Shown here piece after piece: positions 9,243 to 20,453 of a stretch of 64,000 nucleotides of DNA. Position 1 is the first letter of the stretch, and every line of letters starts with the position of its first letter. The notes under the pieces are model-generated. The model did not search any database. It was not told the DNA's origin and worked only from the letters and a program-made list of their open reading frames with translations. The stretch is from an uncultured delta proteobacterium (GTDB taxonomy: Bacteria; Desulfobacterota; Binatia; Binatales; Binataceae), in assembly GCA_963808235.1 (NCBI GenBank), contig CAWEEQ010000004.1, positions 3,072,001 through 3,136,000 on the forward strand, read 5' to 3'. Both the position numbers and the translations under genes were made by a program.

Positions 9243-10085
9243 ATGGCGGTCGCATTGATCACGGGCACCAACTCCGGAATCGGGCAACTTTCCGCGCTCG
9301 AGCTGGCGCGGCGAGGGCATCGCGTATTCGCATCGATGCGCAATCTCAAAAACGCAAGCTATATACTCGCGAAGGCCGAGAAGGAGAATCTTTCCGTCGA
9401 AACTGTCGAGCTTGACGTGACCGATGCCGGCTCCGTCTCGGCTGCGGTCGCGCATATTACGAAGCACGCGGCGCGGCTCGATGTCATTGTGAACAATGCC
9501 GGGTTCGGCTCGTTCGGCCCGATCGAAGACTACAGCGACGAAGATTTGAAGCAGGTGTTCGAGACTAACTTCTTCGGCGCAATCCGGGTTACGCGCGCCG
9601 CGCTGCCCACGATGCGCGCGCAGCGCTCGGGAACGATCATCATGGTGAGTTCGATCTCGGGGTTGCGCACGTTTCCGTTTCTGTCGGTATATTCCGCGAG
9701 CAAATTCGCGCTCGAAGCGGCAAGCAACGGGCTGCGACATGAGCTTAGGGCGCTGGGAATCCGCGTCGTCCTGATTGAGCCGGGAAACTTCAACACTCGC
9801 GCCGGCGCCAACATGCATTATCCGAGTCGCTTGAAAGATGGCTTTGCGCGAGGCACCAGCGACCCGCAGTACGCGCGCGTATTGGAGCAGTACCGTACAG
9901 CCAGCGGAACTCGAAAGTTCGGTGACGCAAATGATGTTGCGCAGGTAATAGCGGATGCGGCAGAAGCGGAGAATCCGAAGGCGCGCTACCTCGTTGGCAA
10001 AGACGCCGAGGAATTTGCCGCGCTCAGTCCAGACGATTTTGAGCGGGCGATGATCAAAAGAACGACCCTGCCAAATCTGAAGTAG
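9243..10085 (+). CDS. SDR family oxidoreductase
   Basis: ITGTNSGIG, NNAG, YSASK; AGGAG RBS. Confidence 0.95.
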   Translation: MAVALITGTNSGIGQLSALELARRGHRVFASMRNLKNASYILAKAEKENLSVETVELDVTDAGSVSAAVAHITKHAARLDVIVNNAGFGSFGPIEDYSDEDLKQVFETNFFGAIRVTRAALPTMRAQRSGTIIMVSSISGLRTFPFLSVYSASKFALEAASNGLRHELRALGIRVVLIEPGNFNTRAGANMHYPSRLKDGFARGTSDPQYARVLEQYRTASGTRKFGDANDVAQVIADAAEAENPKARYLVGKDAEEFAALSPDDFERAMIKRTTLPNLK

Positions 10086-10095
10086 AGAAGACTCC

Positions 10096-10989
10096 ATGGA
10101 AAAACCGCAGGAATATTATCGAAACGATGGTCCGATGACGGCGGCGGGTGCGTATCGCGGGGAGCTGAGCGTGCTGCCAAACGATCTCGCATCGCTATGC
10201 GAAATCGTACAGGGCGTGCTGATACATCGCGATATGGCGCCGTTTTTGTACAATCTCAAACTATCCGAAGAGCAACGCGACGACGGGCACATCCGTAGGC
10301 TGGCGCGAATGCTGACGCGGATTCACGAGCTCGACTCGCGTCCACTGACGACGGCGCGCGAGCCGGCGCATCGCCTGCCCAGCGTATGCCGCCATTTTTC
10401 GCTGATGCTATCCGCCATGCTCAATGAGCATGGCGTTCCTGCGCGGCCGCGATGCGGTTTCGGCGCGTACTTCAACGCGGGCAAGTTCGAAGACCATTGG
10501 GTGTGCGAGTACTGGAACGATGCGGAGAGGCGCTGGGTATTGGTCGACGCTCAGCTCGATGCGGTGCAGAAGAAGCAATTCAGACCCGACTTCAATACCC
10601 TCGACGTGCCGCGCGATCGGTTTATCATCGCGGGCGACGCGTGGCAGATGTGCCGTTCCGGTCGCGCCGACGCAAGCAACTTCGGGCTCTCGATGGTACC
10701 CGGCTTGCGCGGGATGTGGTTTATCGCGGGCAACGTGGTGCGCGACCTCGCGTCGCTCAACGGGATGGCGATGCTGCCGTGGGACGTTTGGGGTTTGATG
10801 GAGATGACTGATGACGCACTGACCGAGGAGAAAAAGAAGTTGCTCGACCATGTCGCGGAGCTCACCCTTGGGGGAGACGAAGCATTCCCGGATATCCGCG
10901 AAATCTACGAGTCCGACGAGCGCCTGCGCGTGCCGCCGGTGGTTTTCAACGCGCTCCGCAACGCGCCCGAATCGATCGCGAACCCTTGA
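10096..10989 (+). CDS. Transglutaminase-like domain protein
   Basis: Candidate Cys-His-Asp triad in VCRHF, DHWVCEYW and LVDAQ; RCGFGAYF. Confidence 0.85.
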   Translation: MEKPQEYYRNDGPMTAAGAYRGELSVLPNDLASLCEIVQGVLIHRDMAPFLYNLKLSEEQRDDGHIRRLARMLTRIHELDSRPLTTAREPAHRLPSVCRHFSLMLSAMLNEHGVPARPRCGFGAYFNAGKFEDHWVCEYWNDAERRWVLVDAQLDAVQKKQFRPDFNTLDVPRDRFIIAGDAWQMCRSGRADASNFGLSMVPGLRGMWFIAGNVVRDLASLNGMAMLPWDVWGLMEMTDDALTEEKKKLLDHVAELTLGGDEAFPDIREIYESDERLRVPPVVFNALRNAPESIANP

Positions 10990-10995
10990 AAAACG

Positions 10996-11026
10996 ACTGG
11001 CGCGGAGCAGTTTGCTCCGCGCCAGT
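10996..11026. terminator. Intrinsic terminator between convergent genes, probably bidirectional
   Basis: Perfect 14-bp stem ACTGGCGCGGAGCA-GTT-TGCTCCGCGCCAGT, with an A-run before and T-rich sequence after. Confidence 0.8.
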
Positions 11027-11062
11027 TTCTAACCAGTTATAAGGCTTCTTTTGCCAGAGGGC

Positions 11063-12358
11063 TTAAGGAGCCGCGGCTACCATCGCCTTCACAGTGCAGA
11101 AGTCCTTGTCGACGGCGCCCATGTTGATGTACCAGCATTCGCGCTCGGGCGTGTGCTGACCGGGCAGATAGCACATCGTGGAGAAATTGCCCTGCGTGTC
11201 GATCGACGCCGCACCCACTACGAACTCCCGCTTGAACGGGTAGATCGCGACGCGCGCATCGGGAACCGGGCGGTCACGATACGCGAGCCAGTAGATATGC
11301 GTGCGCCACAGATGACCCTTCTGGTCGTAGGTGTCGATGTACGGTTCGAACCACACCTCGCCGTCCAGGTAGATCGTGGTGGACTTGTCGAGCGCGCTCG
11401 GATTGTTCGTATCGCGCCGGGGGGTCGCCTCGACGATGTACATATGGCGCATTTCCCATGCCTCGGGGCATGCGGTCGCACCGCCATCGTAGGGGCAAGT
11501 CACTTCGGGCGAATGCTGCGCATGAACGCTCGCGAGCATCTGCTTCTCGCCGAGGAACTTGTAGTTGTACTCCTCGGTCTTGGGGTTGAAGCCGGAATAA
11601 TGGTCGGGATCGTAGCTCTGCGCACCAGTGGCGCTGGAGAGAATCGCCTCGTTCAGGCGGCGGACGCGGCGGCTGCCGGGCGTCCAATCCCAGCTATCGT
11701 CGCCACGCTTCGGATCCGCGTAGCGATAACGGATGAGTCCGGTTCCACGGGCCTCCTGCGGCGAGAGCACGGGGTAGAGTGCGAACAGCCACAGCCGGCC
11801 GGACTGCTTGAAGTCCGGATCGACGGGAATCGGCTCGACCTCGGTGCGACCGACCAGGTTGTAACCGGCATAGTGACCGACCTGGATATCGTCGATCATC
11901 TTCTGTTCCTCACCCGAACGAACGTACTGGCTCTGGCAATCGTAGAAGCGCAGATCGTAGTCGTCACTTTGGATCGGACGGAACACGTTGTTCCAAACGA
12001 TTTTAGCCCCGACGTAGGGATCATTCGGATCGATTAACGGAAACGGTTGGCCGGCGACGTATCCGATCATGCTGCGATGATCGTTGGTGAGCCTGACCTG
12101 CGCCGAATATTTTTCCGTTGCGTCTTTGTATGGGGGCGGCCAATCGACCCGCTCGGTGGGGACGATATTCATCCGCATCCCATGAGTAATAGTGTAGAAA
12201 ACCCCTGGCGATACCAGGTCTTTTACCTGCGCCGAGTTCTCCGGTGTAATAACGTCACCTGGCTTCACAGTGGCATTTGCTGACGCCACAATGAGGCATA
12301 AGCCCATCGTCAACGCCCCCATGCCCAGCAACGTCTTCCCAAAAACCTGCCTGACCAT
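11063..12358 (-). CDS. DUF1329 family exported protein
   Basis: Signal peptide; VKPGDVIT, YVAGQPFP and PGSRRVRRL motifs; AGGAGG RBS before ATG 12358. Confidence 0.85.
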   Translation of the reverse strand: MVRQVFGKTLLGMGALTMGLCLIVASANATVKPGDVITPENSAQVKDLVSPGVFYTITHGMRMNIVPTERVDWPPPYKDATEKYSAQVRLTNDHRSMIGYVAGQPFPLIDPNDPYVGAKIVWNNVFRPIQSDDYDLRFYDCQSQYVRSGEEQKMIDDIQVGHYAGYNLVGRTEVEPIPVDPDFKQSGRLWLFALYPVLSPQEARGTGLIRYRYADPKRGDDSWDWTPGSRRVRRLNEAILSSATGAQSYDPDHYSGFNPKTEEYNYKFLGEKQMLASVHAQHSPEVTCPYDGGATACPEAWEMRHMYIVEATPRRDTNNPSALDKSTTIYLDGEVWFEPYIDTYDQKGHLWRTHIYWLAYRDRPVPDARVAIYPFKREFVVGAASIDTQGNFSTMCYLPGQHTPERECWYINMGAVDKDFCTVKAMVAAAP

Positions 12359-12532
12359 CCCTAGGACCTCCTGTCCATCATATGAACCATCATTGTGGGT
12401 CTCGAAATTGCTCGAAGTCAAGTAAGTAAATTTCATGTCGTCGTAATGTTCTTATAGCCTACATTTTGATGAATCAAGGGGTGAAAATGCGGCAGGACGC
12501 GTTTAGACGGCGGGCTTAAGGAAATTGCGGCA

Positions 12533-14668
12533 TTATTCGTAGCGGAGCGCGTCGATCGGATGGAGCATCGACGCCTTGCGCGCCGGATAATAGCCAAAAA
12601 ACACGCCGACCGCCGCCGAAAAGATGAACCCGCCGACCACCGCCACCGGCGACACCAGGGTGGGCCATTCCGCGAGAGCTGAAATCAGCTTCGAGATCAG
12701 GATGCCGAGCACGATCCCCGCGAACCCGCCCATCACCGAGAGCATCATCGCCTCGACCAGGAACTGGAGCATGATATGGATTCGGCGCGCGCCGATAGCC
12801 ATCCGGATACCGATTTCGCGGGTCCGCTCGGTCACCGAGACCAGCATGATATTCATGATTCCGATTCCACCCACCAGCAGGGAAATCGACGCCACCGACA
12901 GCAGCAGCAGGGTCATCACCTGGGTGGCGTTCTCGGAGGCGGCCGCAATTTCGCTCAAGTTGCGGACCGTGAAGTCGTCATCCTGTCTCGCCTGTATATG
13001 ATGGCGCTCGTGCAGCGTGTGCGTGATTTGCGCAACCGCGTTGTCAACCTGGTCGGAGCTGCTCGCCTTGATGTACACGGTGTTGACGACGCCGGTGATT
13101 TTCGGCGCACCGCCGAACGGGCTGGCCGCTTCGCTCGAGCTGTAAACCGAATTGGTGGTCGGCACTGTGGCGTAAGGATTGGACGCGCTGGCGGTGGCTA
13201 CTGCCGCGGGCGTGGGTGCCGCTGACGGCCCCGAGACGCCGAGCACCTTGCGTTCCGCGGTGTTGAACGGAACGATTACGACGTCGTCCTGATCCTGCCC
13301 GTAACTGGACTGTCCCTTGATCGAGAGCACGCCGATCACTTTCATGGGAAAGTTCTTGACCCTAATCGTCGCGCCGACCGGATTCTGTCCCTCGCCGAAC
13401 AGATTGTTCACCACTGTTTGTCCGAGCAGGCATACCGCCGCGCCGGCCTTTTCCTCGGAGTCGGTGAAGATGCGTCCGATCGACGGCGGCCAATCGCGGA
13501 TCGCAAAATAGTTTGACGTGGTGCCCTGGATGTTGGTGCTCCAGTTATGATTGCCGGAGACCACCTGCGCGACCTGCCGATCCATGTAGGTGACCAGCGC
13601 GATCGCGCCACCGCTGCGCCCAATCGCCTGCGCGTCGGCAACCGTCAGGGTGGAATTGCTACCGAGCCCTGCGCGGACGCCGTTGGAGGTCGTCGCACCG
13701 GGCACCACTACCAGCAGATTGGTGCCGAGGCTGTTGATTTGCGCCTCGACCGAAGATTTCGCACCGTCGCCCACCGCGACCATCGTGATTACCGCCGCGA
13801 CTCCGATAAAAATACCCAGCATCGTGAGCGCCGCGCGCAGTTTATTGCGCTTGATCGCGCGCGCCGCCGCGACCATCGCCATCCGGGCAAACGTCCACGC
13901 GGTGTCGGTTATCGAGGCAGCTTGCCCGGTCGCATCCATGGCCGGGGTATGAGCGGCGGATGCGGCCGCGTTGGCGGCGGCCCCCTCTTTTCGGGTGTCG
14001 GAGATGATCACGCCATCGCGGAAGGTCACCACCCGGTCCGCGTAGGCCGCGACGTCGGGATCGTGCGTGACCACGATCACCGTGATTCCCTGTTCGCGAT
14101 TGAGCTTGGTGAGCACGTCCATTATCTCGGCCGAGTTGGTCGAGTCGAGATTGCCGGTCGGCTCGTCGGCCAGCAGGATCGACGGCCGATTCACCAGCGC
14201 GCGCGCGATCGCGACGCGTTGCTGCTGCCCGCCCGAGAGTTGGTTCGGATGGCTTTGGTCGCGGCCCGCTAACCCGACCAGTTTCACCAGATCGGCGGCG
14301 CGATGCTCTCCGTCGGGAGTCCACGCGGAATAGAACAGCGGCAGCTCAACGTTCTCGAGCGCCGAGGTTCGCGACAGCAGGTTGAAATTCTGGAAGACGA
14401 ACCCGATTCGCCGGCTGCTGATCGCGGCGAGTTGCGACTCGTTGAGCAGGGAGACATCCTCGCCCTCGAGAAAATAATGGCCGCTGGTCGGCAGATCGAG
14501 GCATCCGAGCATGTTCATCAGGGTCGACTTGCCCGAGCCCGACGCGCCCATTATCGCCAGGAACTCGCCGCGCTCGATCTTCAGGCTCGCGCCGCGCAGC
14601 GCGTGAACCTCGACCTCGCCAAGCACATAGGTCTTGGTCAGATCGACCAGTTCAATCACGCTGCTCAT
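12533..14668 (-). CDS. macB: MacB-type ABC transporter (ATPase plus permease)
   Basis: [48 protein letters not shown]. Confidence 0.93.
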   Translation of the reverse strand: MSSVIELVDLTKTYVLGEVEVHALRGASLKIERGEFLAIMGASGSGKSTLMNMLGCLDLPTSGHYFLEGEDVSLLNESQLAAISSRRIGFVFQNFNLLSRTSALENVELPLFYSAWTPDGEHRAADLVKLVGLAGRDQSHPNQLSGGQQQRVAIARALVNRPSILLADEPTGNLDSTNSAEIMDVLTKLNREQGITVIVVTHDPDVAAYADRVVTFRDGVIISDTRKEGAAANAAASAAHTPAMDATGQAASITDTAWTFARMAMVAAARAIKRNKLRAALTMLGIFIGVAAVITMVAVGDGAKSSVEAQINSLGTNLLVVVPGATTSNGVRAGLGSNSTLTVADAQAIGRSGGAIALVTYMDRQVAQVVSGNHNWSTNIQGTTSNYFAIRDWPPSIGRIFTDSEEKAGAAVCLLGQTVVNNLFGEGQNPVGATIRVKNFPMKVIGVLSIKGQSSYGQDQDDVVIVPFNTAERKVLGVSGPSAAPTPAAVATASASNPYATVPTTNSVYSSSEAASPFGGAPKITGVVNTVYIKASSSDQVDNAVAQITHTLHERHHIQARQDDDFTVRNLSEIAAASENATQVMTLLLLSVASISLLVGGIGIMNIMLVSVTERTREIGIRMAIGARRIHIMLQFLVEAMMLSVMGGFAGIVLGILISKLISALAEWPTLVSPVAVVGGFIFSAAVGVFFGYYPARKASMLHPIDALRYE

Positions 14669-14684
14669 CGCAAAAACCCTGTCG

Positions 14685-15909
14685 CTAATGCGGCATGTGC
14701 CCCATCGAGGGCATCCCGCCGCCTCCGCCGCTATGCGACGACGATGATCCCGAGGGATGCGGTAGCGCGGTGCGAATTTCGTCGGTCACTACGCGATCGC
14801 CGGGCTGCACATCGCCCTCGGCGACTTCGACAAAGGTTCCGTCGCTGAGCCCGGTGGTAATCGTGACCGGCGATACTTTGCGACTCTTCTTGCACCCAGA
14901 CCCGAGTCTGCTGGCCCGGCGCTCCGTCAATCGCCGCGGAGTTCGCAGGCGGTTGTCCGACCGGCGCAAAGCGCAACGCGTCGATCGGGACGCGCACGAC
15001 ATTGCCTTTCGATGCCGTGACCACGTTTACGTTTGCCGTCATCCCCGGCTTCAGCATCAGCTCGGGATTTTCAACGCTCACGACCACATCGTAGGTGACC
15101 ACGTTCTGGACCGTGATCGGCGCCTGGCGAACCTGGCTTACCAGGCCCTCGAAGTCGCGGTCGGGAAACGCGTCGACCCGAAAGGTCGCTTTCTGCCCGT
15201 TCTTGACGTAGCCGATATCGGACTCGCTGACATTGGAGTCCACCTGCATCTTGGTGAGATCCTGCGCGATCAGAAAAAGCGTCGGGGTCTGAAAGCTCGC
15301 CGCGACGGTCTGTCCCACGTCGACGTTGCGCGAGACCACGGTGCCGTCCACCGGCGACACGATATTGGTGTAGTTCAGATTGATCTCGGCCGCCGCGACA
15401 TTGGCCGTCTGCTGCTGGATACTCGCGCGATCGAGATTCACCTGCGCGACATCCATCTGCCAGGCGCTGTACGCCGAATCCACGACGTCCTTCGAGACCG
15501 CGTCCGCCTTGAACAGCGCCAGGTTACGCTCGTAGGTGACTTTCTTGTAGGCGAGATCGGCCTGGTCCTTGCCGAGCTGCGCCTTGGAGTTCGCAAGCGT
15601 GGCATGCGCGATATCGACCGTCGTCTGGTACGGACGCGGATCGATTTTCGCGATCGGTTGGCCCTTCTTTACGGGCGCGTTGTAGTCGGCATAGATTGCG
15701 GTGATCGGTCCCGAGACGTAAGTGCCGACCTGCACCGTGATGACCGGATTGACCGTTCCAGTCGCCGTAACCGAGCGAACGATCGGCCCTTCGGTAACCT
15801 TGGCGGTAACGATTCTGGGCGCGGTCGAACTTCCGGCCAGAAAGTAGTAGCTGGCTAAGATGATGAGCGCACCAATCCCGAGCATCCATGCGGTACTTTT
15901 GAATCTCAT
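14685..15909 (-). CDS. macA: MacA-type efflux periplasmic adaptor (+1 frameshift near 14885)
   Basis: VQVGTYVSG, GQTVAASFQTPTLF, LKPGMTANV; the C-terminal ITTGLSDGTFVEV...GDRVV is in another frame. Confidence 0.88.
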
Positions 15910-16083
15910 CGACGGTGCTCAATTATTATCCGGCAAGGCATAGGTTTCCAGTGGACTATCAACTGTTAGACGGAAATCAGCAGCGCAAGTTTCGTCGCGT
16001 AAGGGGCTATACGGCGGTTGTCAAATTGCGTTTCGAGGGCAACAGATCGGAATCCATCGCCAATTCAAGAGGGACCGAACAAT

Positions 16084-17271
16084 ATGGACGAGCAGCAACC
16101 GCCGCTTAAGGGGATCAAGGCCGTCGATCTGACCCGCTATCTCGCGGGGCCCTTCTGCACCCAGATTCTTGGCGACTACGGCGCGGAGATTTTCAAGATC
16201 GAAGCGGTCGAGAATCCGCGCGGCGAGATGGGTGAGAACAAGGGCCGCGATAATTATTTCTTCCTGAGCGCGAATCGATCCAAGAAGAGTCTCCGCATCG
16301 CGATCAAAAAGCCTGAGGGCCGCGATATACTGATGCGGCTAATCGACGCCGCTGACATCGTGGTCGACAATTTCCGGCCGGGCGTGATGAAAGCGCTCGG
16401 GCTCGACTACGAGCAACTCTCGGCGCGCAATCCGCGCGTGATCACGTGCAGCATTTCAGGCTTCGGCTCGACTGGGCCGCTGCGCGACTTTCCAGGCTTC
16501 GATCAAATCGCACAAGGGATGTCGGGCCTGATGAGCGTGACCGGAACCGCGGAGAGCGGCCCGACGCGAGTCGGGATCGCGATTTGCGATCTGCTCGGCG
16601 GAATTTTTTCGGCGCAGGGAATCCTGCTGGCGCTCGAGGCGCGGCATCGCACCGGCCTCGGGCAGCGGGTCGAGACTTCGCTGCTCGAATCGATCGTGAG
16701 CATCCTGACCTGGTCGGCGGGAATTTACTTCGAGACCGGGCGGACGCCGGGGCCGGCGGGCAACAATCATCCGCTCTCGTCGCCGCATGGAGTCTTCAAG
16801 GCTTCGGACCGCCCGTTCAACATCGCATGCGGGAACGAGGCGATGTGGAAAAAGTTCGTCGTTGCGATCGGCCGGCCGGAACTCGGCGCCGACGAGCGAT
16901 TCAAGGGAAGCGGGCGGCGAATAAAGAATCGCGCCGCGCTGAGCGAAGAAATCAATCGCGCGCTCGCCGCGCATGCGGCGGATCACTGGATCGACTTGCT
17001 CAATCGCGAGGGAATCCCGACCGGACCGATTCTCACCGTCGAGGAAATGTTCAAGCATCCGCAAACCGCGGCGCGCGAGATGCTTTTGAAACTCCCGCAC
17101 CCGGAGCTCGGCGAATTTCTCACGACTGGGCTCGCAGCAAAGCTCGAGGCGACGCCCGGCGAGATCACGCGCCCACCACTGGTAGGAGAGCACACCGACG
17201 AAGTGCTCACCGCTCATGGATATTCAGCAGAGGATCTAACGCGCCTGCGCTCGAGTGGAGTGATCGCGTAA
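16084..17271 (+). CDS. CaiB/BaiF class III CoA-transferase
   Basis: DLTRYLAGPFCTQILGDYGA, NRSKKS, NFRPG, PGFDQIAQGMSG. Confidence 0.94.
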   Translation: MDEQQPPLKGIKAVDLTRYLAGPFCTQILGDYGAEIFKIEAVENPRGEMGENKGRDNYFFLSANRSKKSLRIAIKKPEGRDILMRLIDAADIVVDNFRPGVMKALGLDYEQLSARNPRVITCSISGFGSTGPLRDFPGFDQIAQGMSGLMSVTGTAESGPTRVGIAICDLLGGIFSAQGILLALEARHRTGLGQRVETSLLESIVSILTWSAGIYFETGRTPGPAGNNHPLSSPHGVFKASDRPFNIACGNEAMWKKFVVAIGRPELGADERFKGSGRRIKNRAALSEEINRALAAHAADHWIDLLNREGIPTGPILTVEEMFKHPQTAAREMLLKLPHPELGEFLTTGLAAKLEATPGEITRPPLVGEHTDEVLTAHGYSAEDLTRLRSSGVIA

Positions 17272-17276
17272 GAGAT

Positions 17277-17301
17277 TTACCTCTCCCCTCCGGAGAGGTA
17301 A
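17277..17301. repeat. Palindromic hairpin (CCTCTCC..GGAGAGG REP-like family), possible terminator
   Basis: TTACCTCTCC-N5-GGAGAGGTAA between convergent genes; related to the repeats at 45832/46248 and 48473. Confidence 0.6.
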
Positions 17302-17324
17302 GAACTTTCCGCCGACTTCACTAT

Positions 17325-18824
17325 TCACCTCACTTCAACGCGACCGGCTTCGAGGCGCCATTCAATCGCCGTGCACTTTCCCGCGAGTGCGTCGTCATGC
17401 GTCACGATTACCATCGCGCCGGGATACTCGATGAGTGCTTCCTCGAGGCGTTCGATCGCCGGCATATCGAGATGATTGGTCGGCTCGTCGAGGACCATCG
17501 CCCAAACCTGGCGGCCGAGACCGTAGGCCATCGCTAGCTTGCGCGCCTCGCCGGGCGAAGGCGACGCGGACTCGAGCAGGCGATCAGGATCGACGCCGAG
17601 CGCAGCGACGAGGCTGAGCACGCGACCACGCTCGCAAGGAGGCAGTTCGCGAACCGAGTTGAGCATTGCGGCGCCGTCATGCGCGGTAAGTTCCTGCGGC
17701 AGATACAAAATTCGCGAGGATGCGACGTGAGCGCCGCGCATCATCGCCGCGAGCAGCGTGCTCTTGCCAATTCCGTTGGGGCCGGCGACACGAATTTTCG
17801 CATCGCGGAGCACCGCCAGGTGCACGTCTTCCAACAGCGCCACACCGCCCGCCGATATCACTGCTTCGTCGAGCGTGAAGATCTTTGCGGCGGGCGCAGG
17901 CACGTAATCGACGAACACCGCCCGTCCTTTGTCTTTGCGGAACTTGTAATCGCCGAGCTTCACCGAGACTCGGTCCACGCTCGCACGGAGAACTCCCGCA
18001 TCGCGGGAGAGTCTGCGCGAGGCCATCTCGGCCTTTCCCTTCGCAAGCATGCTGGTGGCGTCGTGATCGCCGCGAAACTTCATCCGCTTTCGAGTGCCTG
18101 CGTTGGCCTCCCACTCGGCCGACATTGCGACGCGGCGCTTGTCGGCGAGTCGGCGCACCAACGTCGCGCGCTGATTCTTCAGCGCTTCGTATTTCGCATG
18201 ATGCTCCCGCTCTTCGGCTTCCCATGCGCACTTCGCGCCGCTGTAACTGCCACGCCAGATGCGCGCGCCGCCGTCGTGAACTCGCACTGTGTATCCCGTG
18301 ATACGGTCGAGCAGCGCGCGATCGTGAGAGACGACGATTCCGACTCCGCGAAAACGCTCGAGGCCGGCTATCAGCAACTCGCGCGCTTCAACGTCCAGGT
18401 GATCGGTCGGCTCGTCGAGCATCAGCACTGCGGGCTCTGCCGCGAGTGCGGCGCCAACTTGCCATCGCTTGCGCTCGCCGGGCGACAGAGTCGTCCATCG
18501 CGAGAGCATCACGGGGTCGAGGCGTAACTCGCCATGGATTCGTCGCGCGCTGCCGTCGAGCGCCTGGGCGAACGACGCAATCTCCATTGTCATCGTCTCG
18601 ACGGTCTGCGCGCAGACCTGAATCAGCGCGGCGGGCGGATCGAGATGAACATGACCCGCCGTCGGTTCGAGATCGCACGCGATAAGGCGAAGCAAGGTGG
18701 TCTTGCCGTTGCCGTTGGCGCCGACCACGCCGGTCCATCCGGGCGCGAGCGTGAGCGTCACGTCAGAGAGAATCGAAACCGAATCGGCGTACGAAAAAGA
18801 GAGACCTGATAGTCGCACGAACAT
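17325..18824 (-). CDS. ABC-F family ribosome-associated ATPase
   Basis: Two ABC domains ([18 protein letters not shown] and [18 protein letters not shown]), no TM segments, long basic inter-domain linker. Confidence 0.9.
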   Translation of the reverse strand: MFVRLSGLSFSYADSVSILSDVTLTLAPGWTGVVGANGNGKTTLLRLIACDLEPTAGHVHLDPPAALIQVCAQTVETMTMEIASFAQALDGSARRIHGELRLDPVMLSRWTTLSPGERKRWQVGAALAAEPAVLMLDEPTDHLDVEARELLIAGLERFRGVGIVVSHDRALLDRITGYTVRVHDGGARIWRGSYSGAKCAWEAEEREHHAKYEALKNQRATLVRRLADKRRVAMSAEWEANAGTRKRMKFRGDHDATSMLAKGKAEMASRRLSRDAGVLRASVDRVSVKLGDYKFRKDKGRAVFVDYVPAPAAKIFTLDEAVISAGGVALLEDVHLAVLRDAKIRVAGPNGIGKSTLLAAMMRGAHVASSRILYLPQELTAHDGAAMLNSVRELPPCERGRVLSLVAALGVDPDRLLESASPSPGEARKLAMAYGLGRQVWAMVLDEPTNHLDMPAIERLEEALIEYPGAMVIVTHDDALAGKCTAIEWRLEAGRVEVR

Positions 18825-18930
18825 AGTAACTACTCCCAATAGATGCGCGCGCAGAAAAATGGCCGCGCGAGCGTTGTCCGAAGACACGAACTATGGAGTT
18901 AGTTACTTCCGCACACCCTTAGTCTCTCCT
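18825..18930 (-). promoter_or_regulatory. Putative translational attenuator: micro-uORF plus anti-SD helix
   Basis: On the mRNA: AGGAGA SD, then GTG-started uORF(s) MCGSN* (18916-18899) or MRK* (18914-18903). AGUAACUAACUCCAUAG pairs with CUAUUGGGAGUAGUUACU, which holds the ABC-F SD. Confidence 0.65.
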
Positions 18931-18984
18931 GTTAGGATATATCGAAACTATCCGCGATACCGATCCGGGTCAATCGCGGCTCAT

Positions 18985-19443
18985 TCACTCCTTCTCGAAG
19001 ATGCCCTGGAGGCCGGCCTGCCCCTGTGCGATCAGCGACTGAACGCTGACCCAGTCGCCGTGTTGCGGCAGCCCTTGTGACACGAATTTGATCTGCTTGT
19101 CGTTCTGAATCTGAAGGGAAAGCGCGCTCTCGGAAGAGGTGCCGTCTACAAGTGTGGTGATCAAGGATGCCGAGCCGGCACCGTCGGGCTCGATCTCATA
19201 GGTTCCTCGGATGGTGCCCTGTTGGCCCTGAAAGATCTGTCGGCCTGACAAATTTCCGCGCCCGTCGAAAACGACTTCGCCGCTACCGATTTTGGGACCG
19301 CCCGCAAATTTAACGTAAGGTTTGATTGTCGAGGTGATCCGATACTTACCGGCCACGCTTGCGTTGGAGTAAGCCGGAGACCGATCAGCCGCTGTTGCGC
19401 ATCCAGCAAGACACGCAAGCAAAGGTAAGGCCCATCGTGTCAT
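18985..19443 (-). CDS. Hypothetical lipoprotein
   Basis: Lipobox LAGC after a hydrophobic signal. Confidence 0.7.
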   Translation of the reverse strand: MTRWALPLLACLAGCATAADRSPAYSNASVAGKYRITSTIKPYVKFAGGPKIGSGEVVFDGRGNLSGRQIFQGQQGTIRGTYEIEPDGAGSASLITTLVDGTSSESALSLQIQNDKQIKFVSQGLPQHGDWVSVQSLIAQGQAGLQGIFEKE

Positions 19444-19470
19444 TCGTCGTGGGAGAACTCGCTCGGCCCT

Positions 19471-20430
19471 TTACAATCCCTTCAAGAACTCGATCAGGAT
19501 CTCATTGATCTCTTTCGGGCGCTCCTGCTGGATCCAATGGCCGGCGCCGGGAATGATCACTTTCTTTTTCAGATTCGGCGTGAATGCACCGACCGACTCG
19601 TAGCGACCGGGAATCATTTTGCCGACTATGTCGTGCTCACCGGCGGCGAAGATCGAGGGCTGGCGCAGCATCGCGCCGTCGAGAAAGGGCGTCAGCTCCC
19701 AGTTGCGATCGGAGTTGCGATACCAGTTCACTCCGCCGCGAAATCCCGCTCGCCTGAACTCGCCGGCAAAGAAATCCAGATCGGCTTCCGTGAGCCACGC
19801 CGGCAGCTTCTCCGGCACCATGCCGGTTTCGATAAACTTCTTCGTCTTGGGGAACAGGAAAGAGAATCGCCCGTCCTGCGGCGCATCGCCAGAGGCGGAA
19901 TAGAGCACCATCGCCATCGAGCGGCGCGGATCGGCGTCGAGTTCCTTTTCGACTCTACCGGGCTCCTGGAAATACAGCATATAAAAGTGCTGGTCGCCGG
20001 CGAGCATCTTCATCCCGTCCGTCGGACGCATCGGGCCACGCGGAGAATACGGGACGCTCAGCAGCGCGATCGCGCGAAAGATATCGGGACGCAGCAGCGC
20101 CGAGTTCCACGCTACCGGCGCGCCCCAATCGTGCCCGACGATCACCGCCGAATCCACGCCGAGACTGTTGACCAGCCCGACGATGTCACCGACCAGGTTC
20201 AGGATGTTGTACGACTCGATCGGCTCGGGCGCTTCGGTCTGCCCGTAGCCGCGTTGATCGGGTGCAACGACTCGAAATCCCGCCGCCGCGAGCGCGGGAA
20301 TCTGATGCCGGTACGAATACCAGGACTCGGGCCATCCATGGCAAAGCACGACGAGCGGGCCCGCGCCCTGCTCGACATAGTGCATCTTGATTCCGTTGGT
20401 GGTGACAAATTTATGCTGCAACTCGGGCAT
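19471..20430 (-). CDS. Alpha/beta hydrolase, epoxide hydrolase-like
   Basis: HGWPE, GHDWGA, GAGHWIQQE. Confidence 0.93.
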   Translation of the reverse strand: MPELQHKFVTTNGIKMHYVEQGAGPLVVLCHGWPESWYSYRHQIPALAAAGFRVVAPDQRGYGQTEAPEPIESYNILNLVGDIVGLVNSLGVDSAVIVGHDWGAPVAWNSALLRPDIFRAIALLSVPYSPRGPMRPTDGMKMLAGDQHFYMLYFQEPGRVEKELDADPRRSMAMVLYSASGDAPQDGRFSFLFPKTKKFIETGMVPEKLPAWLTEADLDFFAGEFRRAGFRGGVNWYRNSDRNWELTPFLDGAMLRQPSIFAAGEHDIVGKMIPGRYESVGAFTPNLKKKVIIPGAGHWIQQERPKEINEILIEFLKGL

Positions 20431-20453
20431 GCTGCGATCCTTCTCGGTCAGTT

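Noticed and set aside
11051-15858. Long antisense ORFs (e.g. 11051-12037, 14695-15858; also 28573-29643, 34256-35485, 54459-55556)
   Set aside because: They are shadow ORFs opposite well-supported genes, as expected in high-GC DNA.
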